Positions 11,266 through 23,418 of a stretch of 64,000 nt of DNA are shown in pieces (position 1 is the first letter of the stretch; every line of letters starts with the position of its first letter). The notes below the pieces were generated by a model. It was not told the DNA's origin. It worked only from the letters and a program-made list of their open reading frames with translations, and did not search any database. A program made the position numbers and the translations under genes. This DNA comes from Blastocladiella emersonii ATCC 22665. Its lineage: Eukaryota; Fungi; Blastocladiomycota. Location: contig JANHCV010000004.1 in the NCBI GenBank assembly GCA_025594325.1, positions 1,426,001-1,490,000 on the forward strand, in the 5' to 3' direction.

Positions 11266-11457
11266 GGTTGGTTGGTTCGTTAGCTTCGTGTGTGCGTCGC
11301 GATGACGGCGACGTCGAGAGGAGCGAGCGATGGCGAACGACGACGCGCCGACGACGTGATGTGGCGCTACCGCCTTCGCCACGTTCGACCTCCGCGAGAC
11401 CTGCACGAAGCTCATGAACTACGGCCCTATCGATCTTGCGACATCATGCACTCTTCC

Positions 11458-12230
11458 ATGGCAAGCAACACGGCCCAGCGCCGTCTGATGAAGGAGTACC
11501 GCGGTACGGGCGTTCGTGGGGTGACCCGCTCGCCTGGCCGATCGCTGACTTGCGCGTGAACCCGTGCAGCGCTCGAGAGCAACCCGCCAGAGGGAATCTA
11601 CGCTGGTACGCCGTGAGATGAGCGTCTATGGATCTGCAGTGTCTCACCCGCAACACAGAGCCCGTGTCTGAATCCAACCTGTTCGAGTGGGAGGCTCTCG
11701 TCGCGTACGTTCCGCCCGTCGTCGTCACCAAATGTCCGCCGCGCTCATCCACACCCTCTCCCTCAGTGGCCCACCGGGCACCGACTACGAGTACGGCGTG
11801 TTCACCGCCACGATCAAGATCCCGCACGACTACCCGCTGAACCCGCCGACCATGAAGTTCACGACGCGCATGTGGCACCCGAACGTGTACCCGGACGGCA
11901 CCGTGTGCATCTCGATCCTGCACGCGCCGGGCGAGGACCCCAACATGTACGAGTCGTCGAGCGAGCGGTGGAGCCCCGTCCAGTCCATTGAGAAGATCCT
12001 GCTGTCCGTGACCTCAATGCTCGCCGAGCCCAACGACGAGAGCGGGGCCAACATTGACGCTAGTGTACGTTCATCGCTCCTACTACGCCGGTATCGACGC
12101 GAACTAACGGCGTGAACGACGCGTTTGACAGAAAATGTGGCGCGACGACCGGGCCAAGTTCACGGCCATCGTGCTTGACACGGTGCGCGAGTCGCTTAAC
12201 CTCCCAACGACCAGTTCCTCTTCCTCCTAG
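11458..12230 (+). CDS. UBC7: Ubiquitin-conjugating enzyme E2, Ubc7/UBE2G2 type; exons 11458-11503, 11570-11605, 11659-11704, 11767-12064, 12132-12230
   Basis: [81 protein letters not shown]. The acidic loop after the catalytic Cys is typical of Ubc7. Confidence 0.93.
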
Positions 12231-12541
12231 ATGATGCGATGATGAAGCAAATTGAAACTACATTCGAGGACATGGCCGTCGGGACCGCGCAGGAAGAGCT
12301 GAGGACTCGACGTGAGGAAGACTCCGTCGTGATCAACGCGGCGCGACACATACTGTGGGAATAGTGAACAAGGTAACCAAATCTATTCAGGCTCTCAAAC
12401 AAAGCCCATATCTCGACACGATACTTGCGACCAGCGCAGTCGTGTCAGCGAGCAGCGATGTGAGCTGCCCGTCCCTGCCTCGAGGGCCGAGCTTGACGGT
12501 TTTGTCGTTGTTGGCGCGAAAGGCCGCCCGCCCACGTCGGA

Positions 12542-14010
12542 TCAAGTCGACGACGACGCGGTCGGCGGCAGCGGCGCCGTGGCGGACCCCATGAGGAACA
12601 CGGCGAAGCTGTCCTTGGCCGGGGTCGGCGACCACCACAGCACGTTAAGCGCGTCCATGGTTGCCTCGAGGCTGTGGCCCGCGTGCATGAAGACGAACCC
12701 GAACACGAGCGCCACGGCCCAGTACTGCGGGCGGAGCGCGGCCACCTTGTCGAGGACGCCGAGGCGCATCGTGAAGCTGTCCTGCGGGAGCGCCTTGGAG
12801 ACGGCGCGGAAGTGGGTTGTGAAGTCGACCTGCACGGACGCGATCTTGCTCGGGAACGCGAGGATGACGTTGCCGTGCATCGAGCACGCGGGCCGCACGT
12901 ACTTGTTGGCGCGGTGGTAGACGAACAGCTCGCTGGCGTTGCACGACGGCGCAAACTCCTTTGCGAGGATCAGGGCCTTGTCCGCCGCGTCCTCGAGAAA
13001 CGACGGGAACTTGGCGACGAGCTTGTCGATGGCCACCATGGTCGCGGCCACGGACGTCTCGAACGCGACTGGGTCGTACGGCGTGGAGAGGATGGCTGAG
13101 AGAGCTGGCGCGGTTGGCGCCCGCGGCGCCGGGACCTCCTGGCCGGCGCCCGAGTCGCGGCGGCCCTTGTCCATGGCGGCGACTACGGCCTCCTCCTCCT
13201 CCTTGGCGACGATGTCGTCGGCCGAGGTGATGACCGAGATCGTGTCGAGCGAGTCCTCTGTAGAACGAGCGGGAAGCAAAGTCAGTGACCACGCACAACG
13301 TAATGAGGCACACGAGTCGAAAGCGTACCCGAACCGGTACCCGAGCTAGCCTCCGAGTGCTCGGCGACCGAGTCGGAGGCGCCCGTGAACATCTTGTCGA
13401 GGCCGAGGTCGAACGAGGCGAAACTGGGCATCGTGAAGAGCGGCGACGGGTACGGACCCGCCGAGCCGAGCGACGGCACGACGGAAGGCACGGCGGCGGG
13501 CGCCGTGTCGACGACGGCCGAATCGCCGTTGTCGACCGCGGCCTGGATCTCGACGGCCTGGACGTGCGGCACAGCGGGCACGGCGTCGGGGCCGGAGTGG
13601 TTGATCTTGCCGGCGTCGATGATGGCCTCGGACGCGGCGCGCGAGACCGGGATCTTGAGCGTGGCCGCCGGGGCCGCGACGGTGGCACCGGCCTTGGCGT
13701 TGCGCTCCATGAGCATGAACAGCTGGCGCTGCGCGATTTGGTTCTTGATGGCCAGCTGCGCCGCGGCGGCGGCCTTGACGGCGGCGTCGCGCGAGTGCTG
13801 CTGCTGCTGCTTGTTGTTGCGGCCGGGCACCATGCGGCGGACGCCGGCCATGGCGCGGGCCTTGATGTGGCCGAGGAGCGTGAGCTTGGTCTCGACCGTG
13901 GAGGCGGGGGCGGCGGCCTCGTTGCGCACGGGCTTCGCGCAAGCGAGCAGCGCCGGCGAGGCGGCGGCGGCCGGGTTGACCTTGGCGGCGGCAAACGACT
14001 TGACGTGCAT
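12542..14010 (-). CDS. Hypothetical protein; exons about 14010-13341 and 13257-12542; Ala-rich N-terminus, globular-looking C-terminal ~170 aa
   Basis: Strong GC3 codon bias in ORFs 13282..14106 and 12542..13279, joined in frame by a GTACCG...TACAG intron. No family recognised. Confidence 0.65.
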
Positions 14011-14679
14011 GGTGAGGATGCAGGCGATGAACAGGTCGATGAGCACAAAGGCCGTGTGGGGCGGCGAGCTGCGACCGAGGACGGGTGTCGATGGTGCGGA
14101 GCTCACGGGGGTCGACCGTCAAAGAGGCGGCCGAGGTTACACCGAGAGGCAGAAGTAGTAGACCGAGGCGTGTCGGTTGCTGGAGGCCGGCGTGGAGATG
14201 ACGACGGCGGCGGGGGCGACGGACGCGCGGGGACGGTCTGGTAGTACTGCTGCAGCTTGGCGTGGGTTCTTCGTCGAAGCGAGGTGCACCGAGGTTGAGT
14301 CGGTACAGAAGGCGGCGAGGAAGAGGTGCTTGGGGGGTCTGTCTTGTCGGACAACTTGAATACGTCTTGAACGGGCAAAATGCACTCAAGTGAGGAGCGA
14401 GAGGAGAGTGGGCGGGTCGCCCGGCGCTTTGAGGGTGCGCTCGCGAGCGCGCGCATTGCAGGCACCAGCCCGCGACTGACTGGTCTGCGCGAGTGTGACA
14501 TGAAAGCGTGACGATCAGCGAGTCAGCGCTGCGAGTGGCGGCGCCCGAGGCCGGCTTGCGGGCGGTGGCTCTGGCATCCCATGACTGCGCCTCATACGTC
14601 AACTGCGGATCGGGCCTGTGAGGGGAGCGCTTCGGCCAAGTCAGGTGGCCAGGCGCGTCGGCTGAATTACACGTGTTCA

Positions 14680-15794
14680 GGCACGGAGGTGGCGCGTCGC
14701 GTCCACCGCGCGGGACGATCTGCAACGGAATGGCCGATCACGAACTTTGAGCATCAACGACCACGCAGAATAAGTATATAGGACGTGATCGAGCTTTGAA
14801 GGAGGAGAAAACGCGCTTGTCGACTTGACCGAGCGAGCTTGGCGGCTACCGCGGTGAAGGGGTACGCCGTGCTGACGGATCAGCCGGCCCAGCATGTTTA
14901 GCGTCGCGAACCACGCCTCAAAGTCATAATGCCTCAAGTTTTGCAACACTACATCAGCGAGCCATGAGCTTGAGCATCGGAATGGGAGGCCAAAGCCGCG
15001 TAGACGCGTTCTTGGGGCCGCGACGCGCCACGCGCGTCAGCTGCGCAAAAACCGCCGATCCTGTGTCGTTCGCGGTGCACACTATGCGCTCCTGTCCAGC
15101 GCGGGGCTCGCCGGTGAGAACTTCTTGCTCGCTCATCAGGGCATAGGAGAGCTTCAGCCGCGAGGCAAACAAGGATTCTTTGGCGGCCGAGCAAGGTTTG
15201 ACTACGAGCTCGCGCGCTTGGTCCTTGTCGCTCCCGCGATAGCGGCGGTAGTCGAAGACGAGGGACGATGTGGAGAAGAAGCGGTTGATGACACATGAGC
15301 CTGAAGGAGAACCTGACTTCCCGATGAGATCGAGGATGAGGCCGTACGATTGAGCTGTGGTCTGGCGCACACTCGCTGCAGCGAACCAGCACGAACGGGT
15401 CCGCACCAGTGACAGGGCACTGATCTCACACCTTTCGAGCGCGGAAGTGCGATCGGGGTCGCTGGGTCAAGTTGTCAACAAAGAAGTCGCGGCGTAACGC
15501 TCAAGCGTCGAAGCGGACCAGCGACTCAGCAGTGTCCGTGGCCATCATGATGTACCAGCGAGAGCATCACCGTACCTGATACCATCGCCGATGTACATCG
15601 GACTGCAGATGTCGTCGATCGCACTTGCCGTCAGCTTTGAGTTCGCTGCATGTGTTGCAGGAATGCCGCTCAGTCTGTCGAACGTTTTTACGCGAGACGA
15701 CATCGTTATGAAAGCAACGACCAGTTCGCTCAGCCTCGCAACGAACTTCGCCAACGTTTACGTTGGGCGACAAAACTGCATGTGATGTAGACAA
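14680..15794 (-). CDS. Possible multi-exon, Cys-containing hypothetical gene or relic, lower GC than its neighbours
   Basis: Protein-like segments (HSCNTCSELKADGKC; LVRCSECAPDH; GSCVINRFFSTSSLVFDY...; LRHYDFEAWFATLNMLGRL) are bounded by GTACGG donors and a CCTTCAG acceptor. I could not build a complete model. Confidence 0.25.
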
Positions 15795-15834
15795 CTGCGG
15801 AAGAAAGCAATTCTAAGACAAACCGACGACAAAT

Positions 15835-17229
15835 CTAGGCCGCGGCGACGCCGGGACCCGCGAGCTGCGGGGTGGGACGGGCGTGGCCGTCGTCCTCCTC
15901 GTCCTCGTGCTCGTGGATCGTGTCGGGAATGGCGATGGTGGTCTCCTCGGGGCGCGACCAGAAGGCGAGGTCGGCGGGCGTAGTCGACAGCAGCTCGTCG
16001 AGCTCCTCGCGCAGGTCGTCGCACCACTTGTCGAGCGGGTGGTCTCCCGGGTCCTCGCCGAACGGCTGCTCGATCTGGTTGCCGATGGCGTCGACGCCGA
16101 GGAACGTGAAGGCGACGAGGAAGACCATGACGGGCATCAGGTAGTTGCCGAGCGCGCCGATGATGTGGAACGGCAGGATGACCAGGTACAGCCAGATCAG
16201 CTGCTTGAAGTGGACGAGGTAGGCCAGCGGGGTCTTGCTGCTCACGACGCGCTCGAGCGAGGTGAGCGTCTCAATCTTCTGGTTCGTGAGCGTGTTGAGC
16301 GTGCCGAACTGCCCCGAGTCGATGCGGGTGGCCTTGAGCTGCGCCATGTACCAGGCGGACAGGAAGTGCGAGATATCGAGGCACACGTTGTTGTCGTTGA
16401 GCGACAGGTACCCCTTCTTGTGGTGGTGGCTGTTGGTCGACACGGAGCGGTGGAGGCCGCGGGTACCGTCGGCGGCGGGCGCGGACGCGCCGGACGGCGT
16501 CGCGTCCTTGATCGACTCGGGCACGTGGACGATCAGGCTGGTCTTGCTGTGGCGGCGGCGCAGGGCGAGCTCCTGGATCTGGGCGCGCTTGTTGGCGGGG
16601 ATCAGCTCGACCAGGTCGACGCGGATGCGGCCCTCGCGGTCCTGCAGGCCGTCCTCGCCGCGCAGGTGGTTCTTGACCGAGATGAAGAAGGCGAGCAGCA
16701 GGTGGATGGCCTGGCGCTTCTCGACGCGGTCCGAGTCCGACGTCTCGTTGACGCCGACCCAGATGATGCGGGCCGAGTTGCGGACCGCCGTCAGCAGCGT
16801 GGCCCACAGCTTGCGGCCCTCGTTGTACTTTTCGTAGGACGTGTTGTTCTTGAAAGCGAGCAGCACTATACCGAGGAAGGAATCGCGAGCGCGCTGTCAG
16901 TCAAGTCCGACGAGACGAGGCGAGGCGAGATACGATGGCAACGTACGCGACAGTACGAACGACGTGAGGGTGATGTAGCTTCCACCGTTCTGGATCTACA
17001 TGGGCGCGGCCGAGAAATAGCGTCAGCGTCGGACCTGCATGTCCATGGTGCATCTCGACCGTACCGAGACACAGGAGTTGTTCTTCTCGCAGACAAAGGC
17101 GCCGAGGAACGAGACGGCGACGGACCACAGCGTCGCGACCGCGACGGGCAGCAGGACGGGCTTGGCGACCGAGCCCTTGACGAGCAGGGCGTCCGGGTAG
17201 CCCCAGTAGGCGGCGTATCCGCTGGGCAT
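15835..17229 (-). CDS. Bestrophin-family (UPF0187/YneE-type) anion channel; 3 exons
   Basis: LLLAFKNNTSYEKYNEGRKLW, LERVVSSKTPLAYLVH, IGNQIEQPFGEDPGDHPLD. ATG at 17229 (MPSGYAAYWGY). Confidence 0.88.
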
Positions 17230-18076
17230 GGTCGGAGTCGGTGTTGGTGGTGGCGAAGTGGCGGTGGCGTTGCGCGCTGCGTCTCGAAAACGAAGCGAGA
17301 GCGGGCGAGCGGGCGCGTCTATAAATGCACTGCAGCGGCTGCGTATGCGTCTAGCTAAGTCGTCGCAACAGGAGCGAGGACCGGGGGCGGCGGGGAGGAC
17401 GCCCCTCTTATAAGTTTGGGGGTGCAGGACTCGGTGCAGCGGTGGCGCTCCGAGGTCGCTCGCTCGCCGCCGCCGCCTCCGCCTCACTCTCCCCGATCGG
17501 CAAGTCACTTGGTGACGCACAGCCGGGGGAGCGAGCCCGAAAGAGGACCTCGCGCCGTCGTCGCGTGGGGCCAGTCCACTTCCCCCGCAAGGACCAGCGC
17601 CTCCTCCGAAGTTGGCGGTTGGTGCGAGGCAACCGAAGTCGCGCGAGGAGCGACGCAGTCCATCGGGTTTGAGGATCAAGAGTCCGCGGACCTGTGGGTT
17701 CAATGAGATGCGCGCTTGGTCGTGATGCGGGCCCTGATCTTGACCATGGTGAGGATGAAGACGTGTCGAGAGCCACGCTTCTTCAGCATGTGCCTCCGCC
17801 GACTCGCTCACTTGCGAACACACGACTGTGATGCGGTCTCTGAACACGGCCACGGCGAGGCGAGGGTGGGAGCGCAACGTTTAGCAAGGCGACGACAAAA
17901 TGGAGTAGCGGGACGAGGGAGAGGGGGCGCGACCGCGCAAGCGAGCGCGGCCGTCGAGCGAGTCAGGCAGGGAGGAGCGACGAGTACGGGATGAATGGCT
18001 AAGGCGAGGTGATGGCTAATGAGACACGAGGGAGAGGGAAGAAAGGAGAGAGGATGGGTTTCGACAAGGTAGACTA

Positions 18077-21000
18077 TTACTCGTCCTCGACGCTGACGAT
18101 CAAGAGCGGCGCCGACGACTGGCGCATGCGGTTGAGCTTGGCGCCGGGTGACGGGTCGTTGGTGCGTTCGGGCGCCACGTCGTGGTGGTGGTGGTGGTCG
18201 ACGCCGACCGAGAACCCGCGCGGGAGGTTGGCCGCGGACGACGACGTCGACGCGTCCTTGCCGCTGCTCGTCGGTGCCGTACCCTGCCGGCTCGCGCTGC
18301 TGCGCCCGCCGAACCGGCTGAGGTAGTGCCCGAGCCCGCTGGTCCGCGACGCGGGTTTCGCGGGCACGGGCTGCGTCATGCTGCGCCCGGTACACGCGGG
18401 GGTCGCCGCGGCGGGCGGGAAGCCGTCGGCGGATTTGGGCGGGGACGACGACAGCGGGACAGCCATGGCGGCGGCCTCGGCGGCCCAGTCGGCCGAAAAG
18501 AGCTGCGTCGGGGCGGCATCGGCGAGCATGGGGCCCGAGCTGCGGCGCGAATCAGAGACGACGGACCCGGCGACGGACCCCTGCGAGCCCCACCGCGAAG
18601 CGGACGGGCTGCCGGCGTTGCTGCTGCTGGGGTTGCCGTAATCGGCGGCGGCGCCGGGTTTGCTGCTTCTGCCGTTCGACTGCTGCTGCTTCTGCTGGCT
18701 CTGCACGCGGGCGGCGGCGAGCGTCATGGCCTCCATGAGCGCGGCCGACGGGACCGACGACATGCGGCGCTCCTTGATGGCGGCAATCTCGCGCAGGATC
18801 ACGGCAAGGCGGTTCACGGCCGGCGTCTCGGCGGGCGTCGCGGCCGCCTGCATCGCGTCGATGCTCTTGGTCAGGATCCGGAACAGATCCGAGAACTGGC
18901 GCTCGATGTCTACCAACCGCGAACATACGAAGGAGGTTAGTTCGAGAGTCACGACGGTCTCGACCCGGAGGAGTCGTACCAATGTTCTTCATCACGTCGG
19001 GGATCGGTGGTGCCGAAGACGGGACGAACACGCCAGACGGCGACTTGGACCGGAGCACGGGGGCGCTGCCCGCCAAGTTCTCGCCCTCGGACCCCTGCAG
19101 CTCGCTCGACCCGGGTTTCGACGACGACGGCGTCGTGATCGCGAGCGGCGCGGGCCCAGCCTTGGACGCGCACTTGCGCAGCGGCGACGTACGTGGACTC
19201 GACGCGGCAGACGACTTCCCGCCGGCCGAGTCGGCGAGCGCGGGCGCAGACCCCGCCGTCGCCGTGACCGTGGTCGTCGTCGCGGCGGTCGTGGGCCCCG
19301 CGGCCTCCTTGTGGCCGAAGATGCGCTTGACGAGCTTCTTGCGTGTGCTGCCGGGGCTCTTGGCCTCGGCGGCGGCGAGCGCGGGGACGGACCCGGTGAG
19401 CGAGGTGGTGAGGTACGGTTTGGGAGATCCGGCGACGGACTCGGCGGGCGAGGCGTTGTGCGGCGACGCGGTGGCGGACGCGGCGGCGCTGAGCGGACCG
19501 AGGGCGCCGCCGCGCGCGGGCGGGGCGCCGGTGCGTGGCGGGGGCGGCGTGGACACGGCGTCGAGGAAGGCGCGGATGCGCGGGATCATGACCTCGAGCA
19601 GCGGGTTGAGCGGCGTCATGTACGGTTCCTTGGCGCCGTCGAAGACGGACTGGTTGGCGAGCTGCTGCAGCGCCTTGGACAGGAGCGTGAGCGTGCGCGA
19701 GACGGTCTGGTTCGGGAACACGTCGCACAGGCCGAACAGCTTGGGTCCGAGGACCGCCGCGTTGAACAGCCGCAGGAACAGGAACGACGAGACCACCGTG
19801 TACCGGACGTCGCGGTCGTCGGGCCACCGCTCGACGGCGCGCTGGCGCAGCGCGGCGAAGATGGCGCGCAGCGACGCGGGGCACTCGTCGGCCGACGCGA
19901 CAATGCGCTCCACCGTCCACTTTACGTAAGCCTCGAGCACCCACAGGTTCTCCTGGAGCTGCTCGGTCGAGGACACGAGGACGGACGTGGACCCGCGCTC
20001 CATGCGCGCGCGGTCGAGCTCGCAGGTGCGGTTGTCGGAGATGATGGTCTTGACGACGACCTTGAGCGTGTTGACGAGCATGGGCGTGGCGACGAGCTTC
20101 ATGAACTGGTCAATCGACTTGGACGCGACCGAGTTGGCGCGGAACAGGAGCGCCGGGTGCGCCGTGGCGTCGATCTCGCGGCGGGCGACCGAGATGAGGT
20201 ACTGCTCGTGGAAGTCGACCGTGTACATGACCTGGACGAGCGTGCGCGCCATCTCGTCGCGGTCCTCGACCGTGCGCTCCATGCACCGAAGCACGTGCAT
20301 GTCCCGCGCGATGAGCACGTTGACCAGCGGCTTGTACACTGTAAGCGGCAGGATGTACTCGTTCCAGTACGTCAGCCGCACGCGCAGCGTGACGCCCGCG
20401 ACCTTGGGCCGGTCCTCGAACGCAGACGACGAGCCCGTTGACGACGTCAGCGCCGTGTCGGTGGTCATGATGGACGGCGACGACGGGAACCCGCTGCGCT
20501 GGCTGAGCTCGCTGCCGCTGCTGCTCGCCGAGCTGATGGAGCACCGCGGGGCCGGGCCACTGCTGCCGGGTCCGAGCTGCGCGTTGGCGGCGGTCGGCGA
20601 GCTCGCGGCGCTCGCGGCGCTCGCGCCGCCACCGCTGTACGCGCTGCTGGCCGAGCTGAGGTTGTTGGCGCTCGCGCTGAGGTTCCCGTTGCTGCCGTGG
20701 CCGCTGCCGGCGACGTTGAGCTGGAACCAGCGCTCGAGCGGCTTGCTGGTGCTGAGCTGGTCGCCCGGGATGACGACGGACCCGAGGCACGAGTCCTTGA
20801 ACTTTTTCTTCTGCCACAGCTCGACTACGCGGTACGGGCGAGGGTTAGATCACGGCCAGCGATCCATCGCGCGATAGCCGTACCTTCAATGTACCGCACG
20901 TCGTTCTTGAGGTCGGCCTCGAACTCGTGGTCGAAGAAGGCCGAGTCGGTGACCTTGTTGAGGACGGGCGACTTGCCGACGGTGACGGCGCGCGGCGGCT

Positions 21001-21457
21001 TGGGCGGGTGGTGCTCGCCGGCGGCGGTGAGGGCGGCGAGCTGTGGCGGGCGCACGATGAGCGACATTTTGCGGAACCCGCTGATGGGCCCCGTGGCCTC
21101 GGCGCGGAGCAGGTTGGGCGCGGAGCCCGAGGTCGAGGATCCGGGCCCACCGGGCGACGAGCAGGAGGAGAAGCTGCCAGCGTGATGGTGGTTCCTCGAG
21201 GTGCTCCCGAACGGCAACCCACCGCCATCACCGGTCGTTGGCGTGGTGGGTGTTGGCGGCTGCGAGGTGCCCGGGATCGACAGCGAGGCGGGCGGCGAGG
21301 CGTGGCCGACGTAGACGAGCTTGGCCACGGTGAAGGTGTCGATCTCGTCCTTGAGGTGCGCGAACCGCACCTCGATGACGCGCACCGACACGCGGTGGTC
21401 TCGTCGCAGCGTCGAGGCCGCGGCGGGCGACGCGGGGCCCGGCGACAGGTTCATCAT
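18077..21457 (-). CDS. C2-domain Ras GTPase-activating protein; exons about 21457-20885, 20824-~18980, ~18910-18077
   Basis: C2-like FFDHEFEADL..VELWQKKKFKDSCLGSVVIP..ERWFQL. RasGAP arginine finger LFRANSVASK and FLFLRLFNAAVLGPKLFGL..RTLTLLSKALQQLAN. Confidence 0.9.
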
Positions 21458-22619
21458 GGCCGGTGGTGGTAGTGGTCAGGGCAAGCGCGGCGGCGACGAT
21501 GAGGGCGAGGGCGGGCGGTCGCGTGGGTCGCCGAACGGCAGCGGCGACGGCAGCCGGTGGACGGTGGCGTCGGGTGACTGCGTAATCGGCGGCGGCGCGT
21601 GCAGCAGGAGCGGCAGCAGCGGGTTGACGAGAGGGAGGAGGAGGGAAGGTGGGTCCCTCGGCGCGGGTGCGACGGCGGCGGCGGCCGCAGGGTCGGCGGC
21701 GGAGAGCGTGGGCGATAGAGTTGCAGCCGAGCCGAGCCGAGCCACACGGCGGCGGCGGAGGACACGGGCGCTAGCGGACCGAGTGCGATCACAGCAGGTG
21801 TGGATAGAAGCTTAGACCCGTTCCGGGCAATCCCAGCGGCGGCCCCTGAAAAATCGAGGGCGGGGTGGGTGCTGCAGCGGTGCAGGCGCGGGTGCGGACG
21901 CGCGGACACGGGCGGGCAGGTACGACGACAGCGACGCAGCGGCACCGGCGCGACAGGATGCCCTAACGAGGCAGGTCGGGGTGGCGCAGCCGTGCAGAAG
22001 CGGCAGCAGCAGGCGGAGATGGCGGGCCAGCCGTGGGCGACGACGGGCGGGACGGCAGGACGAGGGACCGAGCGAGTCGACGAGCGAGAGCGCGGCCGCA
22101 GCGGGGTCGAGTAGGGCGGTGCGCGAATCGCGGTCGGGTTGCACCGAGTTGCGGGCGGCGGTCGGCGAGCGGGTGGGCGTGTAGCGTGCGTGCGCGTAGG
22201 TGCCGAGAGGGAAGGTGGGAAGGCCGAGAACAATCACGGCCGGGGCGCGGGCGGGAGACGGGACGGGGCGGCGGCGCGCGGGCGCAACTCGGGGACGGCA
22301 GGTGGGTCTTGTTCAGTCAGTGATTGCGATGCATCTCGCGTGGGTGCGGAGAGCGACCCAGGATCGGGCGGGACGGCGCAAGGTTGGGTTGGGGCCGGCG
22401 GGCAGGCCGGCGGGCAGCGGCGGGCGGCAGCAGCTGGTGCAGGCAGGCACGCGAGCTGAGGCGACTCGCAAGTCTCAGGTCTTCTTCTGCTTCTTCTCCC
22501 AAGCCCCGCGAGCGTCCACATTTATCGCGCCAAGCGCGGCACGCTCGGCGAGACGAGACGGGCGAGGAGATTAATTGCGCGCGCCCCGATCGTCTCCCGC
22601 CGCGAAATGGCCGGGAGCA

Positions 22620-23204
22620 TCACGTGGCGGGCGCAACGCGTCCGTCGACCCGTCGGTTCCTCGCTGCGATCAAGCGGGGCGGGCTCGTTCTCCTGCTCGT
22701 CCTCACACTCTTGCGCACACTCAGCATCAGAACGCGATCATGTCCGGCTGAGCAAACTTTTGGTCGCGACCCCTCACCCTGTCCAATACATGGCCTGCCC
22801 TCGAGCACCTCAGCGAGCTTGAGCAAGTCGACCAGGCCGCGCGCATGCCGGGTCCCCGACCGCGCCGAGAGAGCAGCTGTGAGCGCACCCGACTCGACCG
22901 CGGCCTGCTCGTCGAGTGTAGGCACACGCTGTGGCCGCGGCCGTGAGGTGCAGCACGCTCATGACGGTAACGAGGCCTTCGTCGCGGTGCTCGGCGTATG
23001 TGCCCCGAGAGCGCCGTCGTGCTCGCAACGTGCTGAACGGATGTGCGCCAGCTCGACACCCAACACGCTCTTGGTCATGGCGGACAGCTTGAACTTGTCA
23101 AGCGTGGACGACAACAGTTTGCCCGCGCGCTCCTTGCGCGCGGACCTCGCTGCACCGGTAGTGCGCGGCACCAAGTGTGGAGAGGCCCCGGACAGACACT
23201 TCAC
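22620..23204 (-). pseudogene. Degenerate ORF fragment with one in-frame stop, unknown family
   Basis: ORFs 22959..23204 and 22620..22925 share a frame and are separated by TGA at 22961-22959. The text is protein-like (GKLLSSTLDKFKLSAMTKSVLGVELAHIRS; RGLVDLLKLAEVLEGRPCIG). Confidence 0.2.
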
Positions 23205-23418
23205 TACATTTCTACGTGTCTTGCCTTCGCCTTGAGAGAGAGAAGCGTGGGCGCGCGGGCGTCGAGCTGTTAGGGATCAGCGGCGGGGAAGAGCAACGTT
23301 GCGCACCGACCGCGTTGCGCCACCTGTGGCTCGCTGCCCACTTCCCTTAACACTCGGTCAAAAAGAACAGGGCGAATGTATTATTGCTGTATTGAATGAC
23401 CTGGTGCACTGGGCTGGG

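Noticed and set aside
18552-18980. N-terminal CDS fusion or readthrough implied by ORF 18552..20468 running past the RasGAP exon end
   Set aside because: A GTACGA donor near 18980 and a GGTAG acceptor near 18910 link to ORF 18077..18982; the extra Arg-rich tail is intron and off-frame sequence.
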